The notes: generated by a model not told the origin, from the letters alone. DNA of 64,000 bases from an uncultured Alteromonas sp. (GCA_964429915.1 CAYSDZ010000008.1:32210-96209), one strand, 5' to 3'; positions 8,987 to 19,435 are shown, counted from the first letter of the stretch. Program-made: numbers and translations.

Positions 8987-10300
8987 CTATTCTGAAATGC
9001 GGTACTTCTGGAGCAGAGGTTGTCTTTCGTAGGCATTTTGTAGGCTATCTGCCGAACCTAGCAGGATATAGAGTTCTTGCCTATCAGGCAGATAATCAGC
9101 ACCTATAATACCGTTTTCTCTATTTAAGGTTAAACGGCCATATTCTATGGGTGTTATTTCGTAAGGCTGTATTTCTCCGTTAAACGACTTTATTAAGTCT
9201 TCAGTATCAAACAACCAAAAAAAATTACTGTTATCGGTGCGTCCTTCTGAGCAATAGCCAGAACATTTTGAGCCATCGCTACGACGCTTGTACACTATTT
9301 CGGAATTCAGCGCAGCCGATTTACCTATGACAATGTAATGTGATGCCGAAGGAGTAAAAAATCCGAACACCGCAGTTGTTAGTTCATTCCAAAGCTGGTG
9401 GTTTTCTACGTCATCGCTTACCCCGAAGGAGCCCAGTGGATGCTCTAGCGTGTAGGTTAATAGTGGCTTGGTAGCGATGTTTTTTTGTTTTTGATACGTG
9501 CGAGCGTCAATCGCATAAAGGCTAGGACCCATTGAAAGACGACTATTGATGGGAAGATTACTTGCATAGCCTGTGTAATATTGCTTGCCCGTAAGCTGTG
9601 CTAATTTTTCAGGCATAGGGGCCATCCAACCCGCTGCTTTTACGCCATGTTCAACGTAATAATATCCCGTTCTACTGCCGCTTAAATTATTGTAGTCATC
9701 AATAATGATTGTGGTTGCTTTTTGATGGTCTTGTCCATCGTAGTATTCGGCTAGGTTCAACCAAAGTTTACCGTCTATCGTTTCCATGCCGATCAGCCTA
9801 CTGGATTTACCTTCGTTTTTATTTTTAAGTTTGATACCGTCTTTTGTGACATGAAACGGCTGGCTGTGGGGCGCTATGGGAAGCTCGGCAACATTGTCAG
9901 CTAGTTTATATTCATTTAACGCAAAGGCACCTACTGTCGATTTTTGAGCATGACCTGCCACAAACAGTTGCTTGCCATCGGGTGATATAGCCATAGCGCC
10001 TGTTGTCCATGCTATTCTTGAGTCTCCATAATTGCGTTTGTTAAGCCGTGTTTCGCCTAACAAGGTAAGGGTGTAATGAGATCCGATTGAATAGTTCCGC
10101 TGCGTTGAATTTACGCTACCGTTAGCCTGATCATCGTTGAGCGCTGGTGTATTTTGGGGCGGCTCAAGGTCTGAATTTGCCGTATGCGCGTTTTTTGGTG
10201 TGAGTTCGTCAGACATGAGCCTTTGGACTATTCCCGAACCGAAATAAAAAAGACTGCCTGCACAAAGTACAATCAAAGTCATTTTTTTGTTCACTCTCAT
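8987..10300 (-). CDS. Exported hypothetical protein, possibly beta-propeller-like
   Basis: 437-aa ORF with an N-terminal anchor; GAMAISPDGKQLFVAG resembles a propeller blade. Confidence 0.65.
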   Translation of the reverse strand: MRVNKKMTLIVLCAGSLFYFGSGIVQRLMSDELTPKNAHTANSDLEPPQNTPALNDDQANGSVNSTQRNYSIGSHYTLTLLGETRLNKRNYGDSRIAWTTGAMAISPDGKQLFVAGHAQKSTVGAFALNEYKLADNVAELPIAPHSQPFHVTKDGIKLKNKNEGKSSRLIGMETIDGKLWLNLAEYYDGQDHQKATTIIIDDYNNLSGSRTGYYYVEHGVKAAGWMAPMPEKLAQLTGKQYYTGYASNLPINSRLSMGPSLYAIDARTYQKQKNIATKPLLTYTLEHPLGSFGVSDDVENHQLWNELTTAVFGFFTPSASHYIVIGKSAALNSEIVYKRRSDGSKCSGYCSEGRTDNSNFFWLFDTEDLIKSFNGEIQPYEITPIEYGRLTLNRENGIIGADYLPDRQELYILLGSADSLQNAYERQPLLQKYRISE

Positions 10301-10368
10301 GACATAGACCTAAACACATTGACTAAATTAAATTTAGGGTATCATTTAGCTTGTCTATAGCAAGCCCT

Positions 10369-11754
10369 TTACAAACTAGGCGGCATTCTCATGCAGCTGG
10401 CATAGTAACTCGTGGTTGCCGGCCAGTCGGAAAATACGCCTAATACACCGACATCATTTGCTAATACGTTAAGCACAGTCATAACGTCTCCGTCGTCATT
10501 AATCATCGCCTCTGTGCCTAAACTGCCGTTAACAGATTGAAAATACCAACCGCCACCATTCCCAAGCTGCCCAGAACGCTCTAAGCTCCATGCGATAATA
10601 TCTAAGCCTGCTTCTCTGGCTGCAAGAGCGTAGGCAGAGGGCACTATCGTGCCATTTTCTACGGTTACTAATACCCAAATTGGGGGAGCAATAATTTGTA
10701 CTCCGCTTTCGGCAAGTTCTGCCATAGAGGGGACTAGGCGTTCAGGATTGTTGACCAATTCAGAAGCCGTTACCCCTTGCTCGTTGTTTACAAGTTGTGT
10801 CGCATATCGGTCGTCCAGATAAACGGCTTGAGTGCCAAATGCAGGTTCGTTGGCTAGCCAGTATTGAATATCATCAAGATTAAATGATTGAGGAAAAACG
10901 TCCGTTGCGTCAACACCAGCGCCTTTGTATTCATCAATCATTTTTTGTGCATAATCTTGTTGAGTAAAGCCATCAAATGGCATTGTTACCGCAGGGGTTT
11001 TTAATTCCGGAGTCATTTTCGTTTTTAACTGCTTAAATAACGCAATACTTTCAGCGTGTGTTAGCAGCGTTCCCTTGCTGTCGTACAAGTCTGTGCGCCA
11101 GTCTGCTGTGCCATTCAGGTAATCCTCTACATTGCTCGCGTTGCGATTTGCTGCGTCCATTTTACCTTTAAGGGTTTTGAACTCTGCTAGCGTGATGTCA
11201 CTTGTGCAGCACTGCGCATTGGCAAGCACGCCGTTTGCTGGATCGGCGGGGGTAAATGGTACAGAGCATTTCGACGCTAAATCAGTTGCAAGAATGTTAG
11301 TTGTAGTGTGTAAGTCGCACTGAGAATGACGACAAACCAGTTCTTTATCTTGTGTAAAGGTAACATCACACTCTAAAATCCCCGCTCCCATTCGAGCTGC
11401 GGCTTCATAGGATTCTTTCGTATGCTCGGGATACTGCAACGGGGCTCCACGATGACCAATTGAAAAGTCAGTTTTATAAAACGGCCCTTCTGAGCATTGC
11501 TGTAGTTCTGCTTTTAAAGAACTATCATCCATATCGTTTACCAAAAAGAAAGGACGTGAGCCTAATTCAACATTGTCTGCTGCACCTGCAGGCACTTCAA
11601 CGATGGTGGGTACTTCAACCGTTTCCACTACAGTCACCGTATTTTGCACGACGACTTCCCGTTCTACTTCAACTATTTCAACCGTGTCATCGTCACAGGC
11701 GGAAAGTGTAAAAGAGAGAGCACTTGCTAATAATAACTTTTTAAGGGTAGGCAT
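10369..11754 (-). CDS. Glycerophosphodiester phosphodiesterase lipoprotein (GlpQ-like)
   Basis: Lipobox LSAC; [39 protein letters not shown]. Confidence 0.9.
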   Translation of the reverse strand: MPTLKKLLLASALSFTLSACDDDTVEIVEVEREVVVQNTVTVVETVEVPTIVEVPAGAADNVELGSRPFFLVNDMDDSSLKAELQQCSEGPFYKTDFSIGHRGAPLQYPEHTKESYEAAARMGAGILECDVTFTQDKELVCRHSQCDLHTTTNILATDLASKCSVPFTPADPANGVLANAQCCTSDITLAEFKTLKGKMDAANRNASNVEDYLNGTADWRTDLYDSKGTLLTHAESIALFKQLKTKMTPELKTPAVTMPFDGFTQQDYAQKMIDEYKGAGVDATDVFPQSFNLDDIQYWLANEPAFGTQAVYLDDRYATQLVNNEQGVTASELVNNPERLVPSMAELAESGVQIIAPPIWVLVTVENGTIVPSAYALAAREAGLDIIAWSLERSGQLGNGGGWYFQSVNGSLGTEAMINDDGDVMTVLNVLANDVGVLGVFSDWPATTSYYASCMRMPPSL

Positions 11755-11840
11755 ACTTTATCCATTCTATTGTATGAGTTTATTGGTTGAAAAAATCCAA
11801 GCAACTCGACAATAGAGCGGATAAGTGACACTTTCGCGTC

Positions 11841-11873
11841 TGTTTGATGAAGTCTTGATGGCGGAAATGTGAC
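11841..11873 (-). promoter_or_regulatory. Candidate Pho box (three 11-bp repeats) upstream of the GDPD gene
   Basis: The minus strand reads GTCACATTTCC GCCATCAAGAC TTCATCAAACA, with GTCAY-like cores at 11-bp periodicity. Confidence 0.45.
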
Positions 11874-11881
11874 CTCTTTAC

Positions 11882-13237
11882 CTAAACCACCGTTTCCCAC
11901 GGGCCCGTAATTGCGAGTGTTTTTGTGGGTGAATAGACATTAACGAACAAGGTGCTGCCATCAGGAGAGAAACAAGCGCCAGCCAACTCGGTTTGTGCAT
12001 GCAGGCGAGCAAAACTGTATACTTTACCTTCGTTTGTCACACCACGGAGGTGGTTGTCTACGACTTTGGTATATTGATCTTCACAGACTAAGAGGTGACC
12101 TTGCGGTGTAACGGTGAGATTATCTCCAAAATTGTATAAAGACTCATCAGTGCTCTCTAGGAACAGTTGTAGCTTGCCTGTTTGCTGAGCAAGCGTTGAT
12201 TCCGTGATTGAAGAAGGTGAGTAGCGCATGATCTGCCCCAAACGTTTATTCCCTCCGCTAGTGCAACAAAAATAAAGTTCATCATTAGCCCAATGTACTC
12301 CCTCTCCTCGCGCAAACAAGGTTGCCCCCTTCGCTCTGCCTCTTTGACGCAAATCATCATTTGGACTTTCTGGGTTGTCTAAGGTCACCCACTTAGCGTC
12401 TAACCATTGGTTTAAAGCAAAAGACGTTTTGTGCCAATTTCGGCTATCGAACTCGGGCTGATCTTTAATGACTAAGGCTTGCAAAATGCCGCCAGCCTGC
12501 AAGTTGCCGTATTCATTGGGAACATAGCGATAAAACAGGCTGTCATCTCTATCTTCTGTCATATAAACAATCCCTGTTTTGGGGTCGACCGCAGCCGCTT
12601 CATGATTAAACCGCCCCATGGCTTTTATCGGCTTAGCATCGACTAAGCGCGCTGCAGCAGCAGGAACTTCAAACACGTATCCATGCGCTTGTTTTATTTC
12701 GCCATTGGGCACATCGACGGATTCTTCACACGACAACCAAGTATTCCACGGCGTAACACCACCAGAGCAATTTCTGACGGTGCCGATTAGGCTCATAAAT
12801 TCCTCTGTAACTTGCTTCGAGGTCATGTCATAAACAAGCGTACTTGTGCCGCCTGGTAATGCAACGTTATCTGAGAAACTATCATACGCTTTTTCTGACA
12901 TAAATTGTTTCAACGATTCGGGCTGAGTCGTCATGTCTTTGGGTCTCAATTCATGGTTGCGAACCAACGCGACTTTATTGTTACCTAAATCAAAACATCC
13001 CATGCCGTCAGCGCGGTTAGGCACATGTAAACCATCTGACATTTTATGGTTGAATGATGAAATAATGGAATAGCTAAAGTGATTGGGTAAATCTAGCAAT
13101 CCTTTAGGGTCTGCTTTTAATGGACCATAACCAATGGAAGAGGAAAGCGAGACGGTATTTTTTCCTAATGCGCTTAACGATAAGCCCGCAAACGCAAGGC
13201 TACAGGCTCCCTTAGTAAACTGTCTTCTACTTAGCAT
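11882..13237 (-). CDS. phoX: PhoX-family alkaline phosphatase (DUF839), Tat-exported
   Basis: SRRQF twin-arginine signal; DGMG, LVRNHE, NCSGGVTPWNTWLSCEE, GRFNHEAA, DNLTVTP, LVCED, ELAGACFSPDG. Confidence 0.92.
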   Translation of the reverse strand: MLSRRQFTKGACSLAFAGLSLSALGKNTVSLSSSIGYGPLKADPKGLLDLPNHFSYSIISSFNHKMSDGLHVPNRADGMGCFDLGNNKVALVRNHELRPKDMTTQPESLKQFMSEKAYDSFSDNVALPGGTSTLVYDMTSKQVTEEFMSLIGTVRNCSGGVTPWNTWLSCEESVDVPNGEIKQAHGYVFEVPAAAARLVDAKPIKAMGRFNHEAAAVDPKTGIVYMTEDRDDSLFYRYVPNEYGNLQAGGILQALVIKDQPEFDSRNWHKTSFALNQWLDAKWVTLDNPESPNDDLRQRGRAKGATLFARGEGVHWANDELYFCCTSGGNKRLGQIMRYSPSSITESTLAQQTGKLQLFLESTDESLYNFGDNLTVTPQGHLLVCEDQYTKVVDNHLRGVTNEGKVYSFARLHAQTELAGACFSPDGSTLFVNVYSPTKTLAITGPWETVV

Positions 13238-13312
13238 TGCAATGCTGCCTTTTTGTAATTCGTGAATTCAAGGTTCATAAAAATTAAAAATAGTGTATCT
13301 AGTAAACTATTA

Positions 13313-13333
13313 AAATGATATATTATCACTCTT
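13313..13333. promoter_or_regulatory. Candidate Zur-like box upstream of the MerC-domain gene
   Basis: AAATGATATATTATCACTCTT matches AAATGTTATAwTATAACATTT at 17 of 21 positions by eye. Confidence 0.45.
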
Positions 13334-13348
13334 TTATGACCAGTTATT

Positions 13349-13384
13349 TACAACCAACGCATCGAATACAACCAACGCATCGAA
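13349..13384. repeat. Perfect 18-bp tandem duplication
   Basis: TACAACCAACGCATCGAA x2. Confidence 0.95.
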
Positions 13385-13440
13385 AAAATGTATTCAGGTT
13401 CATTTAGGTCAATGGCGTGTTTATTTAGCGAGCAGGAATA

Positions 13441-13872
13441 ATGAAAATTCAGTCTCTTTCCGATAAGTTTGCTATGGCGATCTCTTTTTTATGCCTTATA
13501 CATTGCCTTATTTTACCCGCCTTCGTTATTATGCTGCCTTCTGTTGCATTGTCGTTTTTATCAGATGAAATGTTACATAAAGTATTGCTAATTGCAGTGT
13601 TACCGTTCAGTTTTATTGCACTGGCGTTTGGTTTTAAAAGGCGTGGCAACGCATCTGTCCTTATCACTATCGTTTGTGGTTTGGTTGTTCTTTGTTTCGC
13701 CGCTTTTGCTGGACATGAATTGCTCGGTGAAACCGGAGAAGTAGCCTTAACAGTGTTTGGGTCGTTATTGGTTGCGTTGGGCCATTTTCGTAATACCCGT
13801 TTAAATACTTCCTATGGCATTTCAGGCACTTCAAAGGACGACTCACTCGCGGTGGAGTTGCCAAAGCGTTAA
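13441..13872 (+). CDS. MerC-domain membrane protein
   Basis: DKFAMAISFLCLIHCLILP, four TM helices, LGHFRN. Confidence 0.85.
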   Translation: MKIQSLSDKFAMAISFLCLIHCLILPAFVIMLPSVALSFLSDEMLHKVLLIAVLPFSFIALAFGFKRRGNASVLITIVCGLVVLCFAAFAGHELLGETGEVALTVFGSLLVALGHFRNTRLNTSYGISGTSKDDSLAVELPKR

Positions 13873-13962
13873 ATTGAACTTTACAGTTATCTTATAGTCA
13901 ACTCGCTATAGAATTGGTAAAAAATATTCCCAACGGAAGCTTGCTATTTAGGGATAAGCACA

Positions 13963-14739
13963 ATGACAATGAATGTTTCACGTCTTAATGTTTTGTTTCT
14001 CTCCACGCTATTTTTATTTCCCAAAGTCGCTTTTGCTGACAGTTTATCTGATTTACGAAACGCGTTGATGCAGTTAAATAATAACGCTGAAGTACACGCT
14101 ACACTGAAGTACACCACAAAAAATCAACGTGATTCTAGTGATGACACCACAATAAAAGAAGGCGCAGTAGACATACAAATTCATTTTGATAGTCAGGGAT
14201 TAAGGATGCAGTATAGCGATGAAGTAATGTCTCGATTGGAAGCAGAAAGTGTCAAGCAGGTGAAGGACCCAGATGCTGAAACACCTACCTTGATGGCTGT
14301 TAACAGCATCGATGCGGTCGATGTGAGCCGAATGCTTAACGCGACATTTGGGCTTACTCGCTTACTCGATCAAGCGACCTTTATTGACGAGTCGATAGAA
14401 CGTAAAAATAACAAAGCGTTACGCAAACTGAACTTCACGCTTCCTTTAGAAATACTTATTTCAGACAAACAAACGCGCAAATACGTTAGCAAGTTTAGCA
14501 ATTCATTTTCTGTTCTTATCGATGATGTAGGTATACCGTTGGAGTCGCATCTTGAGTTCAAAGGAAAAGGCCGTGCGTATATCGTCATTCGAGTAGAGGC
14601 CTCTGGTGAAACGCATTCAAGCTATACAGTTCACGAAGGTCGTTTGCTTAGAACAGCACTCACTTCTATTAACCGTTGGGACTCCACCTTTGGTTCTGGG
14701 GAGCAGGTTGATACTGAAAATATCGTGTCAGTTAAATGA
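13963..14739 (+). CDS. Exported hypothetical protein
   Basis: 258-aa ORF with signal peptide (…PKVAFA) and RBS-like GGGAT upstream. Confidence 0.7.
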   Translation: MTMNVSRLNVLFLSTLFLFPKVAFADSLSDLRNALMQLNNNAEVHATLKYTTKNQRDSSDDTTIKEGAVDIQIHFDSQGLRMQYSDEVMSRLEAESVKQVKDPDAETPTLMAVNSIDAVDVSRMLNATFGLTRLLDQATFIDESIERKNNKALRKLNFTLPLEILISDKQTRKYVSKFSNSFSVLIDDVGIPLESHLEFKGKGRAYIVIRVEASGETHSSYTVHEGRLLRTALTSINRWDSTFGSGEQVDTENIVSVK

Positions 14740-15003
14740 AACAAATGGTATTGTGTTAGTTTGAAACAAAGCGTAATTTAAAGTTTACAATATTCACTCC
14801 AAAGTTTAATATCACTTTGAACTATTCCTTCGCACCTCGGGTTGTTTGTTGACCAGTAATCATTGATGTGGTTATTATGGTGTCGAGATTGTTACTCGCT
14901 CAGTTGATAAAAAATTGTTTGAAAATAAACTGAGCTAGTCACTTCTAAAATTAAATAAATAATAAAACACTAATGTAAAAATAGTGGTCTAGGGAGACAA
15001 TTC

Positions 15004-18000
15004 ATGTTTAAAAGTTCTAGGTTAGCGTCAGCTATTAAGTTAGCAGGCGTGGTCGGAGCAGCTTCGCTTACTTTGACTTCGCCGCTTCAAGCGCAAGAAA
15101 GTGACGCTGCGGAAGGGAAAATCGAAAAAATTCAGGTTACTGGTAGTCGCTTGAATACTAATCCAAACTTAACATCGGCGAATCCGGTTCTTGAAATATC
15201 AAACCAAGAAATCAGTGCTCGAGGTGTTATCAACATAGAAGATTTGACCAACACCTTACCTCAGATTATTCCAGGTCAGACGTCTGAACAATCTAACGGT
15301 GCCTCTGGTACTTCTCAGCTTGACCTTAGAGGGCTTGGTGCAGTTAGAACCTTAAGCTTAATTGATGGTCGCCGTTTACCTTTCGGTGATTCTGGCTCTT
15401 CAGCAGTCAATATTGACATTGTTCCTACAAACCTAATCGAAAGAATTGAGGTGTTGACAGGTGGTTCGTCTGCTGTATACGGATCAGACGCGGTAAGTGG
15501 TGTTGTAAACTTTGTGCTTAAAGATGATTTTGAGGGTGCAGAGTTAAACGTTCAATATGGTTTCGCACAAAGCAATAATGAGCGTCCATTGTTTGAAGAA
15601 GTACTAATTGCTAACGAACAACCCGTTCCCGGCAGTACAGTCGATGGCGAAGAAGTTTCGGTATCATTAACGCTAGGTACTAACTTAGATGATGATAAAG
15701 GGAATATTGTTACATTTTTCTCTTATCAGAATCGTAATGAAATTATTGGTGCTGATAGAGTTGGCTCTGCATGTACATTGGGTGGTGGCGACACTAACGG
15801 GTTTGGTTGTGTAGGCTCTTCAAACTTTAGACGCTTTAATAACTTGGCGGATTTTGGCGCAACTGATTTCTTTCAGCAGGAAGATGGTACTTTTACTCCA
15901 TTTGCTGGTGGACCTGCCGAAACGTTCAACTTTGGTGCCACTAACTTTTTCTTACGTCCAGCAGAACGTTTCCAATTCTATACCAAAGCAAATTATGAGT
16001 TTGCAGAAGGACATGAATTATTTGCTGATATCGGGTACATTCAAACGGTATCAGACGCTCAGATTGCTCCTACTGCTTCGTTTGGTTTTTTCGCTCGTAG
16101 CATAAACTGTGGTAACCCTCTTATTCAAGATCCAGTAACTGAAGACGGCCGTTCTATTGCAGAAGCTGTATTACTTTGTTCTCCAGATCAAATTGCTGCA
16201 GATATTGCAAATCCAGGTTCTGTAATTATTGATGGTTTAACCGCTACACATAGAAATGTTGAAGGTGGTGAGCGTAACTCAAGGCTTGAAAACTCTACAT
16301 TTAGATTCGTTGGTGGAGTGCGCGGAGAGCTTAATGATGTTTGGGGTTATGAAGCATTTTTACAATATGCTGAATCAAGAGATGAAGACACTTCTACAGA
16401 AGATTTCCAAATAGACCAACTTGGTCAAGCCATCTTAGTGCAGCTTGACGAAGAAGGGAATGCCGTTTGTATTGATCAATCCAATGGTTGTGTTCCATAT
16501 AACATCTTCCAAAGAGGACCTAATGGTGAGTCGCTTGTAACCAGAGAAGCATTGGATTTCATTGAAGGTGTTGGAATAGTTACTGGTCAAACCGATCAGT
16601 TGGTGCTTGGTGGACATGTACAAGCCGACTTGGGGAATTATGGAATCGAATCACCGCTGGCGCCTGAGTCAGGTGTTGGATTTTTATTCGGTTTGGAATT
16701 TCGTGATGATGGATTAGCTGCATCACCTGATCAAATAAGTCAAAGAGATGATGGTGGTTTCACAGGTGTCGGTGGGTCAACATTGCCTGTTGAAGGGAAT
16801 ATTGAAGTATTCGATATTTTTACTGAATTACAAGTACCGTTAGTGACAGACGCGAGCTGGGCACAAGAGTTGGTATTTAATGCTCAATATCGCCACTCCG
16901 ATTACACAGTAAATGGAAATGGCGTTACAAACGACTTCGGTACTGATACTTATGGATTTCAGCTAACTTGGAAACCTGTAGAGGATGTTACTTTCCGAGG
17001 GCAGGTGCAACGTGCTGTTAGAGCGCCGAACGTAATCGAGCTTTTTACAGGTCAATTTACCAGTCTTCCTGAACTTTCAGCGATTGACACGCCTAACGGT
17101 GATGTATTTGACCCCTGTGCAACAGCTAACCCTGTAGCAACTCTTGATCAGTGTGCCAACACTGGGGTTACAGCAGCCCAATTTGGAAATATTCCAGACA
17201 TTGTTGCTGCTCAGGCTGGTGGTATATCAGGGGGTAATCCTGAACTAACTCCTGAAACATCTGATACAGTAACACTTGGTTTAGTGTATGTTTCGTCTCA
17301 TATAGAGGGTCTTACGGGGTCTTTGGATTATTTCGATATCTCAATAGAAGACGCTATCGTTGGTGGTATTGGAGCTCAAAATATTCTTGATAACTGTTTA
17401 GAATCTGGCAACCCACTGTTTTGTGATTTAGTAAACCGAGACGCTGCAGGTTCTTTAAACCCTGGTGTGTCAGTAGCTGAAAACATCGGTTTCTCTCTTA
17501 CTAATACGAACGCTGCGTTTCTTGAGACCAAAGGTTTTGACGTTCAATTAAACTATCAGCGTGAAATTGATAAAGTGGGTTCTATTTCTGCGCAGTATGC
17601 GGGTACGGTTGTTACTGCTAATGATTTCACGTCATTCTTAGGCTCCGATACAATTGAAAGAGAAGGTCGCTTTGTTGGTCAAGCTGGTTTACCCAGAGCC
17701 GATTACAGACACAGAGTGTTGATTAATTGGGGAACACTTGTTGAGGGCTTAACAGCAACAATAACGTGGCGTCATTTTGCAAGTGTTGAAAACGAAAGCA
17801 ATCCTAATTCTGCTATCGAAGGGTCACTACCAGCAGTCAACTATTTCGATGTCTCTGCAACATGGGAATTTCTTGATGGGTATAGGTTCAGAGCGGGTGT
17901 AAATAACCTTCTTGAGGAAGATTTCCCAATTTCGGTTTCTTCAGGGCCTGCTATAAACGGTAACAACAACACTTTCCCTGGTGTTTATGATACCGGTAGA

Positions 18001-18033
18001 CAGTTCTTCTTTGGACTAGACGTTAGGCTTTAA
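15004..18033 (+). CDS. TonB-dependent receptor
   Basis: Signal peptide, IEKIQVTGSR, LRGLGAVRTLSLIDGRR, IERIEVLTGGSSAVYGSDAVSGVVNF, C-terminal YDTGRQFFFGLDVRL. Confidence 0.95.
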   Translation: MFKSSRLASAIKLAGVVGAASLTLTSPLQAQESDAAEGKIEKIQVTGSRLNTNPNLTSANPVLEISNQEISARGVINIEDLTNTLPQIIPGQTSEQSNGASGTSQLDLRGLGAVRTLSLIDGRRLPFGDSGSSAVNIDIVPTNLIERIEVLTGGSSAVYGSDAVSGVVNFVLKDDFEGAELNVQYGFAQSNNERPLFEEVLIANEQPVPGSTVDGEEVSVSLTLGTNLDDDKGNIVTFFSYQNRNEIIGADRVGSACTLGGGDTNGFGCVGSSNFRRFNNLADFGATDFFQQEDGTFTPFAGGPAETFNFGATNFFLRPAERFQFYTKANYEFAEGHELFADIGYIQTVSDAQIAPTASFGFFARSINCGNPLIQDPVTEDGRSIAEAVLLCSPDQIAADIANPGSVIIDGLTATHRNVEGGERNSRLENSTFRFVGGVRGELNDVWGYEAFLQYAESRDEDTSTEDFQIDQLGQAILVQLDEEGNAVCIDQSNGCVPYNIFQRGPNGESLVTREALDFIEGVGIVTGQTDQLVLGGHVQADLGNYGIESPLAPESGVGFLFGLEFRDDGLAASPDQISQRDDGGFTGVGGSTLPVEGNIEVFDIFTELQVPLVTDASWAQELVFNAQYRHSDYTVNGNGVTNDFGTDTYGFQLTWKPVEDVTFRGQVQRAVRAPNVIELFTGQFTSLPELSAIDTPNGDVFDPCATANPVATLDQCANTGVTAAQFGNIPDIVAAQAGGISGGNPELTPETSDTVTLGLVYVSSHIEGLTGSLDYFDISIEDAIVGGIGAQNILDNCLESGNPLFCDLVNRDAAGSLNPGVSVAENIGFSLTNTNAAFLETKGFDVQLNYQREIDKVGSISAQYAGTVVTANDFTSFLGSDTIEREGRFVGQAGLPRADYRHRVLINWGTLVEGLTATITWRHFASVENESNPNSAIEGSLPAVNYFDVSATWEFLDGYRFRAGVNNLLEEDFPISVSSGPAINGNNNTFPGVYDTGRQFFFGLDVRL

Positions 18034-18117
18034 AAGTTAACGATATAGTTGCAGCTCCTGTACTTAAGTTGTTTTAATGGTACATATTCTGCTCTAACTT
18101 TTAATACTCGTTTACTC

Positions 18118-18150
18118 AAAAACCTCTGATTTATATCAGAGGTTTTTTTT
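18118..18150. terminator. Rho-independent terminator (bidirectional-type)
   Basis: AAAAACCTCTGAT-ttat-ATCAGAGGTTTTT plus a T run. Confidence 0.9.
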
Positions 18151-18277
18151 GCCCAGCGAAGCTGGCAAACCCGTCAGACTGAAAGAAGTTTGAGTCACCC
18201 TGATTGAAGGGAAGACAATCCGAATCGCATCCGGTGGTGCGAGAGTAGGGAGAATGTAAACTCTCCCCCTACTCGAT
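18149..18277 (+). mobile_element. ORF-less group IIC intron-like remnant (about 130 bp)
   Basis: Ends in CCGGTGGTGCGAGAG…CCCCTACTCGAT, the IIC domain V 3' half plus domain VI with bulged A and AY end; starts TTGCCCAGC immediately after a terminator stem-loop. Confidence 0.6.
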
Positions 18278-18312
18278 GTACTCACGAAACCAGTTGAAAA
18301 AAGCGATGGTTC

Positions 18313-19389
18313 TTAAAAAACATACTCCATCAAAAAATCGGGCATATTGAAGTCCATATCACAGGTTTGCTCATTAAAGCCCTCGTCTAGTACTTCTGTA
18401 ATGTAGGCCAACTCATTCTGTTGAGTCGTTATTGTACGGAGGACGTTTAATTTTTTTATCGCCAACTGTGTTTCTTTTTCGCATCCAAATTGTTTGGCCT
18501 GAAAAATTTTAGCGTAGATATCCCCCTGTTTCGCTGCTTCTACTATGAGCGCTATGCCGCCTGCTTTTAACTCAATGATACCTAAAATGAACTTTGCTCT
18601 TGCTTCATTTCGCGCATTAATTAAAAAATTCAAAATGGTTTTGGTTTTATAGCTTGAGCGAGGGTAGGGCTTGGTTTTTTGCCAAGATTTTGCAGGGAAG
18701 TAACCTTTGTAAAAAGCAAAGGCATGTTTCAAAGCTAGCTCAGTGCTAATAGAAGACAGTGAACTTGGGGAAACATCTATCGCACGATTGTTTTTTTGTT
18801 CATAAGCAAGATTTAGCTTAGCGACTTCTTCCTGCTTTTCGTTCTGAAAGCGGTACTCACTGACAACTACAGCAGTAATGCTCAACGTGATAAATGTACT
18901 GATACTCGCAATTGGAACCGCCACGAACCAACGATTTTTCACCATTTTGAAACTGTTATGTCGATTCAGTTCGACGAGTTTGTAATAAGCTTTGTGCTCA
19001 TAAAAAGCGACACGTGTCTTTGACAAATAAACAGACAGCGCAGCACCAGAGGTATAAAACAAGAAATAAACGGTGGCCCACAAGGTATTATTTGGGATCA
19101 TGGTGAGGTCTAAAGCAAATGCCGCAAGTACAAGGAGTAAATGGTTACAAAGACCAATGATTGAAAAGACAAAGCCGTAACCTTTACCAAATACGCGAAC
19201 TATTGCACCAATCAATACGCCGGATAAGGTTAACATTACTGGAGCAAGGGTGGTGTCGACTTCAACCAAGGCATACCACAAAACTAAAAAAACAGGCGTA
19301 AAAATAGGGCAAATAAGCGAAGCGCGTATCGCGTTTTGAGTTTTTAGCTTTTCGGAAACAGAGTCCAGTAAGTTTTGTTCTACATGCAT
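18313..19389 (-). CDS. Hypothetical membrane protein with a helical C-terminal domain
   Basis: Several TM segments then a soluble helical tail; start placed at MHVEQ (19389) to avoid overlapping the upstream kinase. Confidence 0.65.
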   Translation of the reverse strand: MHVEQNLLDSVSEKLKTQNAIRASLICPIFTPVFLVLWYALVEVDTTLAPVMLTLSGVLIGAIVRVFGKGYGFVFSIIGLCNHLLLVLAAFALDLTMIPNNTLWATVYFLFYTSGAALSVYLSKTRVAFYEHKAYYKLVELNRHNSFKMVKNRWFVAVPIASISTFITLSITAVVVSEYRFQNEKQEEVAKLNLAYEQKNNRAIDVSPSSLSSISTELALKHAFAFYKGYFPAKSWQKTKPYPRSSYKTKTILNFLINARNEARAKFILGIIELKAGGIALIVEAAKQGDIYAKIFQAKQFGCEKETQLAIKKLNVLRTITTQQNELAYITEVLDEGFNEQTCDMDFNMPDFLMEYVF

Positions 19390-19435
19390 ATTATGGGTCT
19401 TGGTTGCGGCTTGAATAGTAGTATTGCTTACAGTG

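Noticed and set aside
13441-13872. Mercury-resistance operon
   Set aside because: No merA, merR, merT or merP nearby; the MerC domain alone is not diagnostic
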